Assembly: GCA_043228905.1 (NCBI GenBank)
Contig: JBHGNT010000016.1
Span: forward strand, 248,001-312,000
Direction of reading: 5' to 3'
Source of the DNA: Azolla caroliniana
Taxonomy: Eukaryota; Plantae; Polypodiophyta
Length of the DNA stretch: 64,000 nt
The translations under genes and the position numbers were made by a program. The notes under the pieces were generated by a model that saw nothing but the letters and a program-made list of their open reading frames with translations, was not told where the DNA came from and did no database searches. Of the stretch, positions 1 through 10,695 are shown one piece after another (the first letter of the stretch is position 1; each line of letters begins with the position of its first letter).

Positions 1-2
1 CG

Positions 3-3000
3 TTGGAGGGACCAGCGACACGATGGCGGCGGTCGCAGGACCCGGCGACCATCACAACATTTGCAGAATTAAAAGCAAAATTCTTGCATTTTTTCCACAA
101 GGAGGTCGACCAGACGACAATGGTGGGCCTGTTTTATACGATCCGACAGGAGGCAGGGGAAAGCATTCCCCAATTCGTCATCCGTTTCCAACGAATGCAT
201 AGCCAGCTTGCCCGTGCACCCCCGGAGGAGGAATTACGGACGATATTTTTAAACGCACTCCGGGAACCGTTACGCACGGTGTGTACGGTAATCGACTTTC
301 GAGGATGCACCATCGACCAGGTCATTGACCGGGTCAGAGAAATGGAAAAGACAAGCTCATGGCTTACGCTGGGAACACTGCAACGGGCGTTACCCACCGA
401 GGAAGATCTCCGGTTCCGGCAGGCAATTCAATGCACAATCTGCTTGAATGCCGGACACTCGGCAGTAGAGTGCACCATGCGCACTCAGTGTGTGATTTGT
501 CAATCCAAGAGTCATACAACGGACCGGTGCGAGTACAACCTGTTAAATCGACAAGCACCACCCGTCCGACGGATCGAGCCAAGAAACAGCCAAGACGAAG
601 ATGAAGATCGTTGGCAAAGAATGAACCGGTACCGACCGGCACAGGATGTCCGGTACGGAGACAGGCAAGAGAATGATGGCCGGTACGGGAATCGGCGGGA
701 TAACTACGACCGGTATGAGCGATCGGACCGTTATCGAGAGCCCAACAGGCGACACGAGCAATACGACAGAGACCATTCCCCTGGTTACCGAAGGCACCAG
801 GAGGACTACGGCCGATTTTACGATCCACCACGACCGGACTACCGAAATAAACATAAGAATAATAAGAAACGTAATTTCAAGAAAGGTGGTCACCCTAGGG
901 ACCCGGAACATGGAACCCCAAGGAGCCAACCGGCACAGAACGCACCACTCGCTACGGGACCGACTCCGGCTACCAGCAATGCTGAATCCAGCAATACCCG
1001 TAAAGAGTACTGCTACTACTGCAGGCAGGAAGGCCACTACAGTAACCAGTGCCCGGTAAAGAGCTACGAGAAACGACCAGCAGTTAATATGGTGGTTCCG
1101 GAAGTGGCGGATTTACAGCAAGTAACCACACGGTCGAAAGGCATGGCTAAAGAATGGGAAACACAAGAGGCCATACGAAAACAGGCGACGGAATGGGTGA
1201 AGGAAGCCAATGAAAGGAACGTCGCGGACGCGGAACGGCAAAAGACGAATACCATAGGGAGTGCCGGCGGTAGCCACCCAGAAAACGAGACATGGCAAGC
1301 ACTGCAGGAATGTCAGATCACGTTGTCGTTAGGACGACTCTTGCAACTCGTGCCGCGATTTACGGAAGGACTAAAAACGGGCATGACAGACGGTATAGCT
1401 CCACCGGCACCAGTCCTTTTCTCGAATCCGGAGGAGGGACCGACGGTGGTGGACACTAGCAGTCCGGCGATTACAGCTATTGTCAAAGGACACGAACTTC
1501 CCGGCACCGTAATCGATGGAGGTTCCGGGGTGAACGTAATAAGCCTCCGTACGTGTGATGCCTTGGGTATACATGAATGGGAGCCATGCCCGTTCTGGCT
1601 ACGGATGGCGGATACGAGCTCGGTACGGCCGACGGGCTTAATACGGAAATTGGAGGTCACCATAGGAGGTCACACATTCCACATCTCGGCTGTAGTGCTC
1701 CAACTACAGGCGCAAGGCGCGTATCCACTGTTGCTGGGCAGACCATGGTTGAAAACAGCACACATCAAGCAAAATTGGCGGAAAAATATGATTACCTTCC
1801 GGCGCGGAAAAGCCAAGGTCCGGGTGCCGACACAACCACGGACGAGCAACGGTAAGGAATGCACACCGTTGTATGCGGAATGCGTGAACATGCTTGAAGG
1901 ATTGGCAGACGACGAAGAGGCCCAGTACTTGGACGAACACCCGAAGATCGTACCATTGTTCGAGATTGACGTAGCTGAAGCCGTAGCGCCATACTTGCCG
2001 CAGCGGGACGACACCGAGGCCGAACCAGAAAAAGATGCGATTCGGGAATTACGGCAAGCACAGGAAGCGTTGGAACGGGAAATGGCCGTGTCCCAACGGG
2101 TAAAAGCATCCCAGCTCGAAGAAGTAAACCTAGGAAGCAAGGACGAATCAAAGCCGGTACACATCGCCAAAGAAATGAAGCCGGCAGATAAAGCGTCGAT
2201 GATCAAGCTTCTCACGGAGTTTAGCGACGTATTCGCCTGGTCCTACGAAGACATGCGAGGGCTGGACCCTCAATTATATCAGCATCAAATCCACTTAGGC
2301 AAGGACGCGAAACCAGTGGCGCAACGACGTTACCGAATGAACCCCAACTACGCCGCCAAAGTAAAGGAGGAAATCGACAAACTCCTAAGAGTGGGCTTCA
2401 TCCGGCCGGTAAAGAAAGCGACGTGGCTGAGCCCCATCGTCGTCGTCCCCAAGAAGAACGGTAAAATCCGTGTGTGTGTAGATTACAGGAAACTAAATGC
2501 CGCCACAATTACGGATGCATTCCCTCTTCCGTTCACGGACGGAGTACTGGATGCCGTCGCCGGTCATGAAGTTTATAGCTTTTTAGACGGCTTCAACGGA
2601 TACAATCAAATCCGGATGCACCCCGACGACAAGGAGAAGACAGCGTTCGTCACCGAATGGGGGGTGTTTGTGGCCGAAGTCATGATGTTCGGCCTAAAAA
2701 CGGCACCAGCAACTTTCCAGCGAATCATCATGGAGATCTTCGGCGAATACATCCCTTCCTTCATGCAAGTTTTCCTGGATGATTTTGCAGTCTATAGCCG
2801 GGGAAAAGACCATTTGCAGCACTTACGGTTATGCCTTGAAAAGTGTAGGTTATACCGGCTAAGCTTAAACCCAACGAAATGCATCTTTGGAGTTTCAAGT
2901 GGAATATTGCTGGGACACATTGTAAGTAAGGAGGGCATTGCGGTCGACCCGGACAAAGTAAACGCCATACTAGGGGCACCGGCACCAAAAACAGCCAAAG

Positions 3001-4868
3001 CACTAAGCCGATTCTTAGGACAGATCCGGTGGCACAGCCGGATGCTCCGTCACTTGGCTGATTTGGCTACACCATTACACACCGCGGTACATCGGACACC
3101 GTTCCAATGGACGGATACGGAGGATAAGGCATACAATGCCCTGAAGGTACTTTTGTCGCAAGCACCCGTCGTGCAGCCTCCGGATTGGAGCAAGGAATTT
3201 CATGTGTTCGTGGGCGCTTCCGACATCGCTATTGGCAGCGCCTTAATGCAGCTTACGGAGCCCAAATGGTACCGGCCGGTATATTACGCCAGCCGGAAGC
3301 TGTCCCAAGCGGAGAAGAACTATTCAACGACAGAACGGGAGGCCCTGGGCATGATCTACAGTGTCACAAAGTTTCGGCATTACCTATTGGGAAGGAAGTT
3401 CTCCTTTCATGTGGATCACTCGGCGCTCCTGTACTTAGTGTCCAAGGCGTCCCTGACCGGTAAGTTGGCCCGTTGGACCTTGCTGTTGCAGGAGTTCGAA
3501 TTCGAGATATTCCACCGGCCCGGTATCCAGCATGCCGTAGCAGACTATCTGAGCCGGTTAGAGTCCGGAGAAGCAGGCGACGGAGTATCGGATGAATTCC
3601 CGGACGCAGAGTTATTCCGTATCACCCCGGAAACGGCAGCGGACGACACGGTGGCAGCAGAAGACAAGTGGCTGACAAACATGCACCAGTTCCTAAGTAC
3701 GGGCTTGCCACCGGAGGAAATGAACCGGGACGAGAGGAAACGACTGGCGGTGCAGAGCCGCAATTTCTGTCTGTTACGGGACACTCTCTACCACAAAGGA
3801 GCAGATGGAATATGGAGACGGGCAGTCCGTAGTGACGAGAAAGAAGTAATCTTACGGGAAGCACACTGTGGGGTTGCCGGAGGACACTATGCCGGGGAAG
3901 CGACGGCGAGGAAAGTATGGCAGAGCGGCTTATGGTGGCCCACGACGTTAAAAGACGCCGTCAAGTATGCTAAGGAATGTGACCTATGCCAACGAATGGG
4001 CCAGCCTACGGAGCAAGCACGGATGCCACACCAACCGGTACTTCCACTAGAGCCATTCCAGAAGTGGGGGTTGGATTTTGTCGGACCGTTCAAGCCACCG
4101 GCAATGAGAACGGGTAATCGTTATGTCATAGTGGCCACGGATTATTGCACTAAATGGGTGGAAGCTAAGGCCCTGAGAGACAACACCGCATCATCCACAG
4201 CAAAATTCCTGTACGAAAACATTTGGTGCCGATATGGATGTCCGATTGAATTAATCAGCGACCAAGGAGGCCACTTCCTCGGCCAGGTAGTGGAAAGCTT
4301 AACAACGTTCTATGCCGTGGTCCATAAACGAAGCACACCGTATTACCCACAGGCGAACGGGTTAGCAGAGTCCACCAACAAAACGCTGCAGAACATTCTC
4401 CGCAAAATTGTCAATGAAAACCGGACGGACTGGGACACAAAGCTGGAGCAACGACGACGGAAAGCGTTCGTTGACCGTCACCGGAAAGGTAACGAAAAGA
4501 TGTTCGAAATCGGAAAGCCGGTTCTAGTATTCCAAACGAGGATGGGCAAAATGCCGGGTAAACTCCGGTTCAGATGGACAGGCCCGTATTGGCTGACACG
4601 GGAATACAACGGGTCCTATCAGATAGGGACACTTGCCGGTGAAGTACTAGGCAAGTGGGTGAACGGATTTCGACTAAAGCCCTATAAAGGACCGATGCCA
4701 AAGAACCCGTTTATGCAGCAAACCGGCACTATACCGGGAACCTGTCCGGGATCGGTACGGATCGATCCGGAAGGAAAAGACGACGGGGAACCCGTAGCAG
4801 AGACGAAGGAAGACACGGCAACCCGTAAGGAAAACGGTAAGGGTCCGAAGGGACCTACGGATGTGTAA
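3..4868 (+). CDS. Gag-Pol polyprotein, open at the window edge, with probable inactivating lesions in RNase H and integrase
   Basis: Gag core (FAELKAKFL...QEAGESIPQF); three CX2CX4HX4C knuckles; protease VIDGGSG; RT WLSPIVVVPKK...VDYRKLN...FLDDF; RNase H HVFVGASD...EREAL...VDH; integrase HHCC, WGLDF, SDQG, GLAE; C-terminal RWTGPY. Confidence 0.93.
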   Translation: MEGPATRWRRSQDPATITTFAELKAKFLHFFHKEVDQTTMVGLFYTIRQEAGESIPQFVIRFQRMHSQLARAPPEEELRTIFLNALREPLRTVCTVIDFRGCTIDQVIDRVREMEKTSSWLTLGTLQRALPTEEDLRFRQAIQCTICLNAGHSAVECTMRTQCVICQSKSHTTDRCEYNLLNRQAPPVRRIEPRNSQDEDEDRWQRMNRYRPAQDVRYGDRQENDGRYGNRRDNYDRYERSDRYREPNRRHEQYDRDHSPGYRRHQEDYGRFYDPPRPDYRNKHKNNKKRNFKKGGHPRDPEHGTPRSQPAQNAPLATGPTPATSNAESSNTRKEYCYYCRQEGHYSNQCPVKSYEKRPAVNMVVPEVADLQQVTTRSKGMAKEWETQEAIRKQATEWVKEANERNVADAERQKTNTIGSAGGSHPENETWQALQECQITLSLGRLLQLVPRFTEGLKTGMTDGIAPPAPVLFSNPEEGPTVVDTSSPAITAIVKGHELPGTVIDGGSGVNVISLRTCDALGIHEWEPCPFWLRMADTSSVRPTGLIRKLEVTIGGHTFHISAVVLQLQAQGAYPLLLGRPWLKTAHIKQNWRKNMITFRRGKAKVRVPTQPRTSNGKECTPLYAECVNMLEGLADDEEAQYLDEHPKIVPLFEIDVAEAVAPYLPQRDDTEAEPEKDAIRELRQAQEALEREMAVSQRVKASQLEEVNLGSKDESKPVHIAKEMKPADKASMIKLLTEFSDVFAWSYEDMRGLDPQLYQHQIHLGKDAKPVAQRRYRMNPNYAAKVKEEIDKLLRVGFIRPVKKATWLSPIVVVPKKNGKIRVCVDYRKLNAATITDAFPLPFTDGVLDAVAGHEVYSFLDGFNGYNQIRMHPDDKEKTAFVTEWGVFVAEVMMFGLKTAPATFQRIIMEIFGEYIPSFMQVFLDDFAVYSRGKDHLQHLRLCLEKCRLYRLSLNPTKCIFGVSSGILLGHIVSKEGIAVDPDKVNAILGAPAPKTAKALSRFLGQIRWHSRMLRHLADLATPLHTAVHRTPFQWTDTEDKAYNALKVLLSQAPVVQPPDWSKEFHVFVGASDIAIGSALMQLTEPKWYRPVYYASRKLSQAEKNYSTTEREALGMIYSVTKFRHYLLGRKFSFHVDHSALLYLVSKASLTGKLARWTLLLQEFEFEIFHRPGIQHAVADYLSRLESGEAGDGVSDEFPDAELFRITPETAADDTVAAEDKWLTNMHQFLSTGLPPEEMNRDERKRLAVQSRNFCLLRDTLYHKGADGIWRRAVRSDEKEVILREAHCGVAGGHYAGEATARKVWQSGLWWPTTLKDAVKYAKECDLCQRMGQPTEQARMPHQPVLPLEPFQKWGLDFVGPFKPPAMRTGNRYVIVATDYCTKWVEAKALRDNTASSTAKFLYENIWCRYGCPIELISDQGGHFLGQVVESLTTFYAVVHKRSTPYYPQANGLAESTNKTLQNILRKIVNENRTDWDTKLEQRRRKAFVDRHRKGNEKMFEIGKPVLVFQTRMGKMPGKLRFRWTGPYWLTREYNGSYQIGTLAGEVLGKWVNGFRLKPYKGPMPKNPFMQQTGTIPGTCPGSVRIDPEGKDDGEPVAETKEDTATRKENGKGPKGPTDV

Positions 4869-4884
4869 GGTCACACACCGTCAT

Positions 4885-4941
4885 TAAAAATTGAAAAAAA
4901 TAAAAATAAAAAATAAAATAAAATAAAATAAAATCATTAAA
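4885..4941 (+). repeat. A-rich (TAAAA)n low-complexity tract downstream of pol
   Basis: Read directly: taaaaataaaaaataaaataaaataaaataaaat. Confidence 0.8.
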
Positions 4942-5260
4942 AATCGAGGTATGAACGGGTGTGAAAGCAAGGCGCGAAAAGGTACGTGGTGGGCATTTAA
5001 GAGCCGCCACGTACTTAATACTAAATCGGTACACGACGTGTGCATGCTCGAAAAAAGGCGCCAAGACGCACAGAGAAAAAGAAGGGCGCATGGAGACCTT
5101 CTTTTTTCGCGAGCCAAGAAGCACAGAAGCACCAAGGCAGTGGAAGCCGAGCAAACGCGAACCTGCACGCAGAGAACCCCCGCGCTCAGAACGCTCTCTC
5201 TCTCGCTCTCACTCTCATCACCACTCTACTTCGCCATCTTCGCTCGACCTTGAAGCAGAC

Positions 5261-6971
5261 ATGGAACCACAAACGCTGTCGGAAGCGGCCAGGAAATGGT
5301 TCAGGCAAAACGGACTGGAGGGGTTCTTGGCCATCATGGAGGCACCACCGCACAGAGAAGCCGACCGGGTCATCAAGGAGCTCGCCACAGAGGTCATCAC
5401 CGAGGAAGCGATCCGCGCGCTAACAGGCCTTCCGGAGGGAGGAATCTTTCAGATCGATAACCCAACCTCGGAGCAACTCATCCGATATTTCGGTGAGTAC
5501 TCTGTTGCCGGCAAAGGCTATCGGACGCAGGGCGGCGAAGATCCGCTATTCAGGGAGATAGCTCGAGTGCTCCATGAGTACGGTCACGTGTACCCCCGAC
5601 CCCCTGTCATGCCAAAAAATCGGGCAGGGATGATCATAGCCACCTATGAAGGGATCAAGGTGGACTCCGGGCAATGTACAGAATAAAGCGGCAGATCAAC
5701 CTGTACATAGCAATCAGACCCCGGCAACGGAAACCGTTCCGGAGAGAAATGCGGCACAAGCCCAAGAGCTTGCGGATTTAAAGGATGAGCTAGCTGCCCA
5801 AGAAGCGCTGAGGAGCCGCGAAAGAGAATTGAAGACGGCAGCGGAGACAGAACTCAAAAAGACTGCTGAGAATCTACGCCGGGCCGAGGAGAGCTTACGG
5901 AAAGGCCACCAAGCGTACGACCGGCTCAAGGAGGAGAAGGAGAAAATGCTGCAAGAGAAGGAGAGGCTCCGGAGGAACGCCGAAACAGAAGTAGAGCGCC
6001 TGAAAGAGGAACTCCGGCAGGTAAAGGACCGGGAAGACCGGAACCATCGCCAGATCAACGGCAAGCTCAAACAAAAAACGGAGGAATTTGAGCAATTGCA
6101 CCGAGAGTATAAACGGTTGCAAACGGAGCACAAGGAACGGACGGATGAGCTCAGGCAAGCAGTTGATCGGACCGCAACCGCATTCGCCAAGGAACAAGCA
6201 GAAAACAGAAGACGGTTGGAAGAGGCGGAGAAGGTTCGGACAGAGCTCCTCAGGCAACAGCAGGCGGAAAAAGAAAGAGCGGCGGAGGTACTGCAGAGGC
6301 TGCAAACGACATATCAAGGGCAGCTGATGCGCTACAGACAGCAGGCGGAGGATACGGCAAATCTCATCAAGCAGTTGAAGGAGGAGCGACAAGTGGTGGA
6401 AAGCAGAGCACAAATGGGAGCAAGTCGCATCCAAGATATAATGCGGGCCTGGTTGAACCAGACCAAGAGCTTGATTGACAACGGTTCCGTCAAATGGTGG
6501 ACCAAGTGGGCCACGAACGCGGCGGAACTCCAATTGCTCCGGGCTGACGTAGAGAACCGGCGGAAGGAGGGAGATGATTGCTATATGCTGAATTCTGAAG
6601 ACTTCACCGGCATAAGAGATGAGCTTGCCGAAGACTTTCAAGCCTTGGCTGATGACCAACTAGAGCAAGTCCGGCAACTTGTAGCTCAGCTAGACGACGA
6701 CAGGCTGGAGGCGCAGATCCAGTTTGAAAGCTACGAGAGGTCCCGAATCCGGGGAGAGAAAGAACGAGAACCAGTTACGGTCAACCTCAGTGATGAGGAA
6801 CCGTTACTGGAAGGAGACCGGACCGGAAGCAGTCAAACGGAGCAGCCGGAGTCAGCGAAACAAACGGAGCAGCAGCAGCAAGCAGAGCAGCCGCCTATGG
6901 AGCAGCCGGAGCAGCCTCAGTCCCAACCGCAACCACAGCAGCAGCAGCAAGCACAGCCGCAGCAACCATAA
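5261..6971 (+). pseudogene. Extra 3' ORF of the Gypsy element: globular N-terminal part plus long coiled coil and Q/E/P-rich tail, split by a frame break near 5666
   Basis: ATG at 5261 (MEPQTLSEAARKWF...ITEEAIRALTGLPEGG). ORFs 4961-5686 and 5646-6971 overlap in different frames. The second is E/K/R/Q-rich and helical, with no hydrophobic transmembrane stretch. Confidence 0.65.
6839..6968 (+). repeat. CAG/GAG/CCG-rich coding microsatellite (Q/E/P tail)
   Basis: Repeated gagcagccg and cagcagcag units encode QQQQAEQPPMEQPEQPQSQPQPQQQQQAQPQQP. Confidence 0.8.
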
Positions 6972-6999
6972 CCGGAAGAACAAGTGGAAATTCTTGAAC

Positions 7000-7503
7000 A
7001 AAGTACTTTGGACAAATTGGGTGAACAATGAAGGGGCCGAGAAGGGTTCGACGTACAAGGTACTGTCCCACGGGCGTGCCATGAGTTACCGGCCGGCAAG
7101 GAGTCCAAAATACGGAGTGAAGGAATTAATTAGATATGGTTGTAAATGAGCATAGTGTGGACGGACGGACTGGAAACGGTATGCCGTTCCAGATCCGGAC
7201 GGATCCCGAATAGGTGCGAGAGGCACCGTTTTGTACTACGGGCCGGAAACCTATTTAAAGGCCCGGACCCCATTGTAATGACAGCGGATAATTAATAGAG
7301 CTTATGATGTTTATACTTCTGTCTTGATTTCCGTTCTGTAATCACTGTTCTATCTTACGCGTGTAATTAACCAAAGCAATCTAATCGTGTAACCTACGTA
7401 AGTCGGTGTAATCGTTGAATCTTAATCCTATGTCGTAATCACCCTTTGGTGAAGTGTCTCCGTGACACCTTGTGTTAGGCCTTGTCCGGCTAAGAGAATA
7501 ACA
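7000..7503 (+). repeat. Probable 3' LTR of the Gypsy element (right end clear, left end not resolved; start coordinate approximate)
   Basis: Ends in CA at the satellite junction. A TATA-like CTATTTAAAG at 7251-7260 is followed by a T-rich R/U5-like region. No clean polypurine tract was found, and the partner LTR is outside the window. Confidence 0.55.
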
Positions 7504-10203
7504 TGAACACAAAAATCCGATATCACATGAGCCATGTATGAACATTTTAATTTACCTACTAGCGCTTGTCAACTCCCTCCTCAACTTTGCTAATTTCTTC
7601 ATGTCTCTCGACCTGAGTTTCAAAATTTTGATTTTTTAATTCCATATCAGAGCTAGCGTTGTTAGCTTCGATTCGCATGTTTGAACATAAAAATCTGATA
7701 TCATACGAGCCAGGTATGAACCTTTTAATTTACCTACTAGCGCTTGTCAACTCCCTCCTCAAATTTGCTAATTTCCTCATGTCTCTTGACCTGAGTATCA
7801 AAATCTTGATTTTTTAATACCATATCAGAGCTAGCGTTGCTAGCTTCGATTCACATGTTTGAACACAAAAATCCGATATCACACGAGCCACGGATGAACA
7901 TTTTAATTTACCTACTAGCTCTTGTCAACTACCTCCTCAAATTTGCTAATTTCTTCATGTCTCTCGACCTGAGTTTCAAAATCTTGATTTTTTAATTCCA
8001 TATCAGAGCTAGCGCTGTTAGCTTCGATTCACATGTTTGAACACAAAAATCCGATATCACACGAGCCACGGATGAACATTTTAATTTACCTACTAGCGCT
8101 TGTCAACTCCCACCTCAAATTTGCTAATTTCTTCATGTCTCTCGACCTGCGTTTCAAAATGTTGATTTTTAATTTCATATCAGAGCTAGCGTTGTTAGCT
8201 TCGATTCGCATGTTTGAACACAAAAATCCGATATCACACGAACCATGTATGAACATTTTAATTTACCTACTAGCGCTTGTCAACTCCCTCCTCAAATTTG
8301 CTAATTTCTTCATGTCTCTTGACCTGAGCTTCAAAATCTTGATTTTTTAATTCCATAACATAGCTAGCGCTGTTAGCTTCGATTCACATGTTTGAACACA
8401 AAAATCCGATATCACACGAGCCACGGATGAACATTTTAATTTACCTACTAGCGCTTGTCAACTCCCTCCTCAAATTTGCTAATTTCTTCATGTCTCTCGA
8501 CCTGAGTTTCAAAATCTTGATTTTCTAATTCCATATCAGAGCTAGCGCTGTTAGCTTCGATTCACATGTTTGAACACAAAAATCCGATATCACACGAACC
8601 ACGTATGAACATTTTAATTTACCTACTAGCGCTTATCAACTCCCTCCTCAAATTTGCTAATTTCTTCATGTCTCTCGACCTGAGTTTCAAAATCTGGATT
8701 TTTGTATTCCATAACAGAGCTAGCGCTGTTAGCTTCGATTCGCATGTTTGAACACAAAAATTCGATATCACACGAGCCACGTATGAACATTTTAATTTAC
8801 CTACTAGCGCTTGTCAACTCCCTCCTCAAATTTGCTAATTTCTTCATGTCTCTCGACCTGAGTTTCAAAATCTTGATTTTTTAATTCCATATCAGAGCTA
8901 GCGCTGTTAGCTTCGATTCACATGTTTGAACACAAAAATCCGATATCACACAAGCCACGGATGAACATTATAATTTACCTACTAGCGCTTGTCAACTCCC
9001 TCCTCAACTTTGCTAATTTCTTCATGTCTCTCGACCTGAGTTTCAAAATTTTGATTTTTTAATTCCATATCAGAGCTAGCGTTGTTAGCTTCGATTCGCA
9101 TGTTTGAACATAAAAATCTGATATCATACGAGCCAGGTATGAACCTTTTAATTTACCTACTAGCGCTTGTCAACTCCCTCCGCAAATTTGCTAATTTCTT
9201 CATGTCTCTTGACCTGAGTTTCAAAATCTTGATTTTTTAATACCATATCAGAGCTAGCGTTGCTAGCTTCGATTCGCATGTTTGAACACAAAAATCCGAT
9301 ATCACACGAGCTTGGTATGAACAGTTTAATTTACTAACGCGCTCTTCTCCACTACGTCCTCAAATTTACTAATTTATTCATGTCTCTCGACCTGAGTTTC
9401 AAAATCTTGATTTTTTATATGTATATTAGAGCTAGCGTTGTTAGCTTCAATTCGCATGTTTGAACACAAAAATCCGATATCACATGAGCCATGTATGAAC
9501 ATTTTAATTTACCTACTAGCTCTTGTCAACTCCCTCCTCAAATTTGCTAATTTCTTCATGTCTCTCGACCTGAGTTTCAAAATCTTGATTTTTCAGTTCC
9601 ATATTAGACCTAACGTTAGCTTCGATTCGCATGTTTGAACATAAAAATCCGATATCATACGAGCCAGGTATGAACCATTTAATTTACCTACTAGCGCTTG
9701 TCAACTCCCTCCTCAAATTTGCTAATTTCTTCATATCTCTCGACCTGAGTTTCAAAATCTTGATTTTTTAATTCCATATCAGAGCTAGCGTTGTTAGCTT
9801 CGATTCGCATGTTTGAACACAAAAATCCGATATCACACGAGCCTGGTATGAACATTTTAATTTACTAACGCGCTCTTCTCCACTACGTCCTCAAATTTAC
9901 TAATTTCTTCATGTCTCTCGACCTGAGTTTCAAAATCTGGATTTTTCAATTCCATAACAGAGCTAGCGCTGTTAGCTTCGATTCGCATGTTTGAACACAA
10001 AAATCCGATATCACACGAGCCACGGATGAACATTTTAATTTACTAACACGCTCTTCTCCACTACCTCCTCAAATTTGCTAATTTCTTCATGTCTCACGAC
10101 CTGAGTTTCAAAATCTTGTTTTTTTAAATCCATATCTGAGCTAGCGTTGTTAGCTTCGATTCGCATGTTTGAACACAAAAATCCGATATCACACGAGGCA
10201 CGG
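7504..10203 (+). repeat. 178-bp tandem satellite, segment 1 (about 15 monomers)
   Basis: The unit ATGTTTGAACACAAAAATCCGATATCACACGAGCC...GAGCTAGCGTTGTTAGCTTCGATTC(G/A)C is repeated head to tail. Confidence 0.97.
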
Positions 10204-10312
10204 TGTCGTAGTGTCTTTTGTACACTACGTGAAAAACGTATATAGTATTAGATTCAATAAAAAATAATGAAATAGAAGAAAATAGCAAAATAAATGGAAC
10301 ATGCATAGGGCA

Positions 10313-10366
10313 AGATTCGAACCTTGCACCTCCATGTTAATAATGTAATGTCTTACCATTACACTA
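10313..10366 (-). promoter_or_regulatory. tRNA-derived Pol III-type A box / B box cassette inside the solo LTR
   Basis: The minus strand reads TAGTGTAATGG, 32 nt, GGTTCGAATCT. AGGT sits at the variable-loop position, and a GCAAG/CTTGC stem surrounds TTCGAAT. The acceptor and anticodon stems are degenerate. Confidence 0.6.
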
Positions 10367-10695
10367 GCATTTCATTAGTGTTAAAGCATAGATGTCCCAC
10401 ATAGAAAGGTAAATTCACGCTAGGATAAACATTAGAAAAACGCATAACAAAAGAAAAAGCTACACATACACATCTAGCGTGCATGATAAAAAACGCACAA
10501 GTTAGAAAAAAGCATGATCACTTTAGATAAAGCATATAGTCTATCTATAGGAAAAGCATGGGGTCTATAGTTAGAGAAAAAGCATAGATTACTAAGACTT
10601 CCTCATCACTACATAAGGATGGGGAGCACAATGTAATTGTGTGTGAAATATTTGGGAAATTGGATATATTTCCTAAAACACCAATTAATAAAATA

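Larger units (their letters stand above)
1..7503 (+). mobile_element. Ty3/Gypsy LTR retrotransposon, non-chromovirus (Athila/Phygy-like), 5' part outside the window, degenerate
   Basis: A gag-pol ORF with Gypsy order PR-RT-RH-INT, no chromodomain and no second RNase H, is followed by an extra 3' ORF. The element ends ...AATAACA at 7503, directly joined to satellite sequence TGAACACAAAAATCCG. The lineage is inferred from motif style. Confidence 0.9.

Noticed and set aside
134-7149. Antisense and alternative-frame ORFs overlapping the first element, and those overlapping the chromovirus gag/pol
   Set aside because: They are shadow ORFs of coding sequence with no recognisable motifs.
7660-7680. 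B-box-like or CENP-B-box-like GCTTCGATTC in every monomer
   Set aside because: There is no A box at the expected distance and no cloverleaf. The CGGG half of the CENP-B box is absent.
10300-10375. Functional tRNA gene (also at 54378-54448)
   Set aside because: The acceptor and anticodon stems do not pair, so it is reported only as a tRNA-derived cassette.
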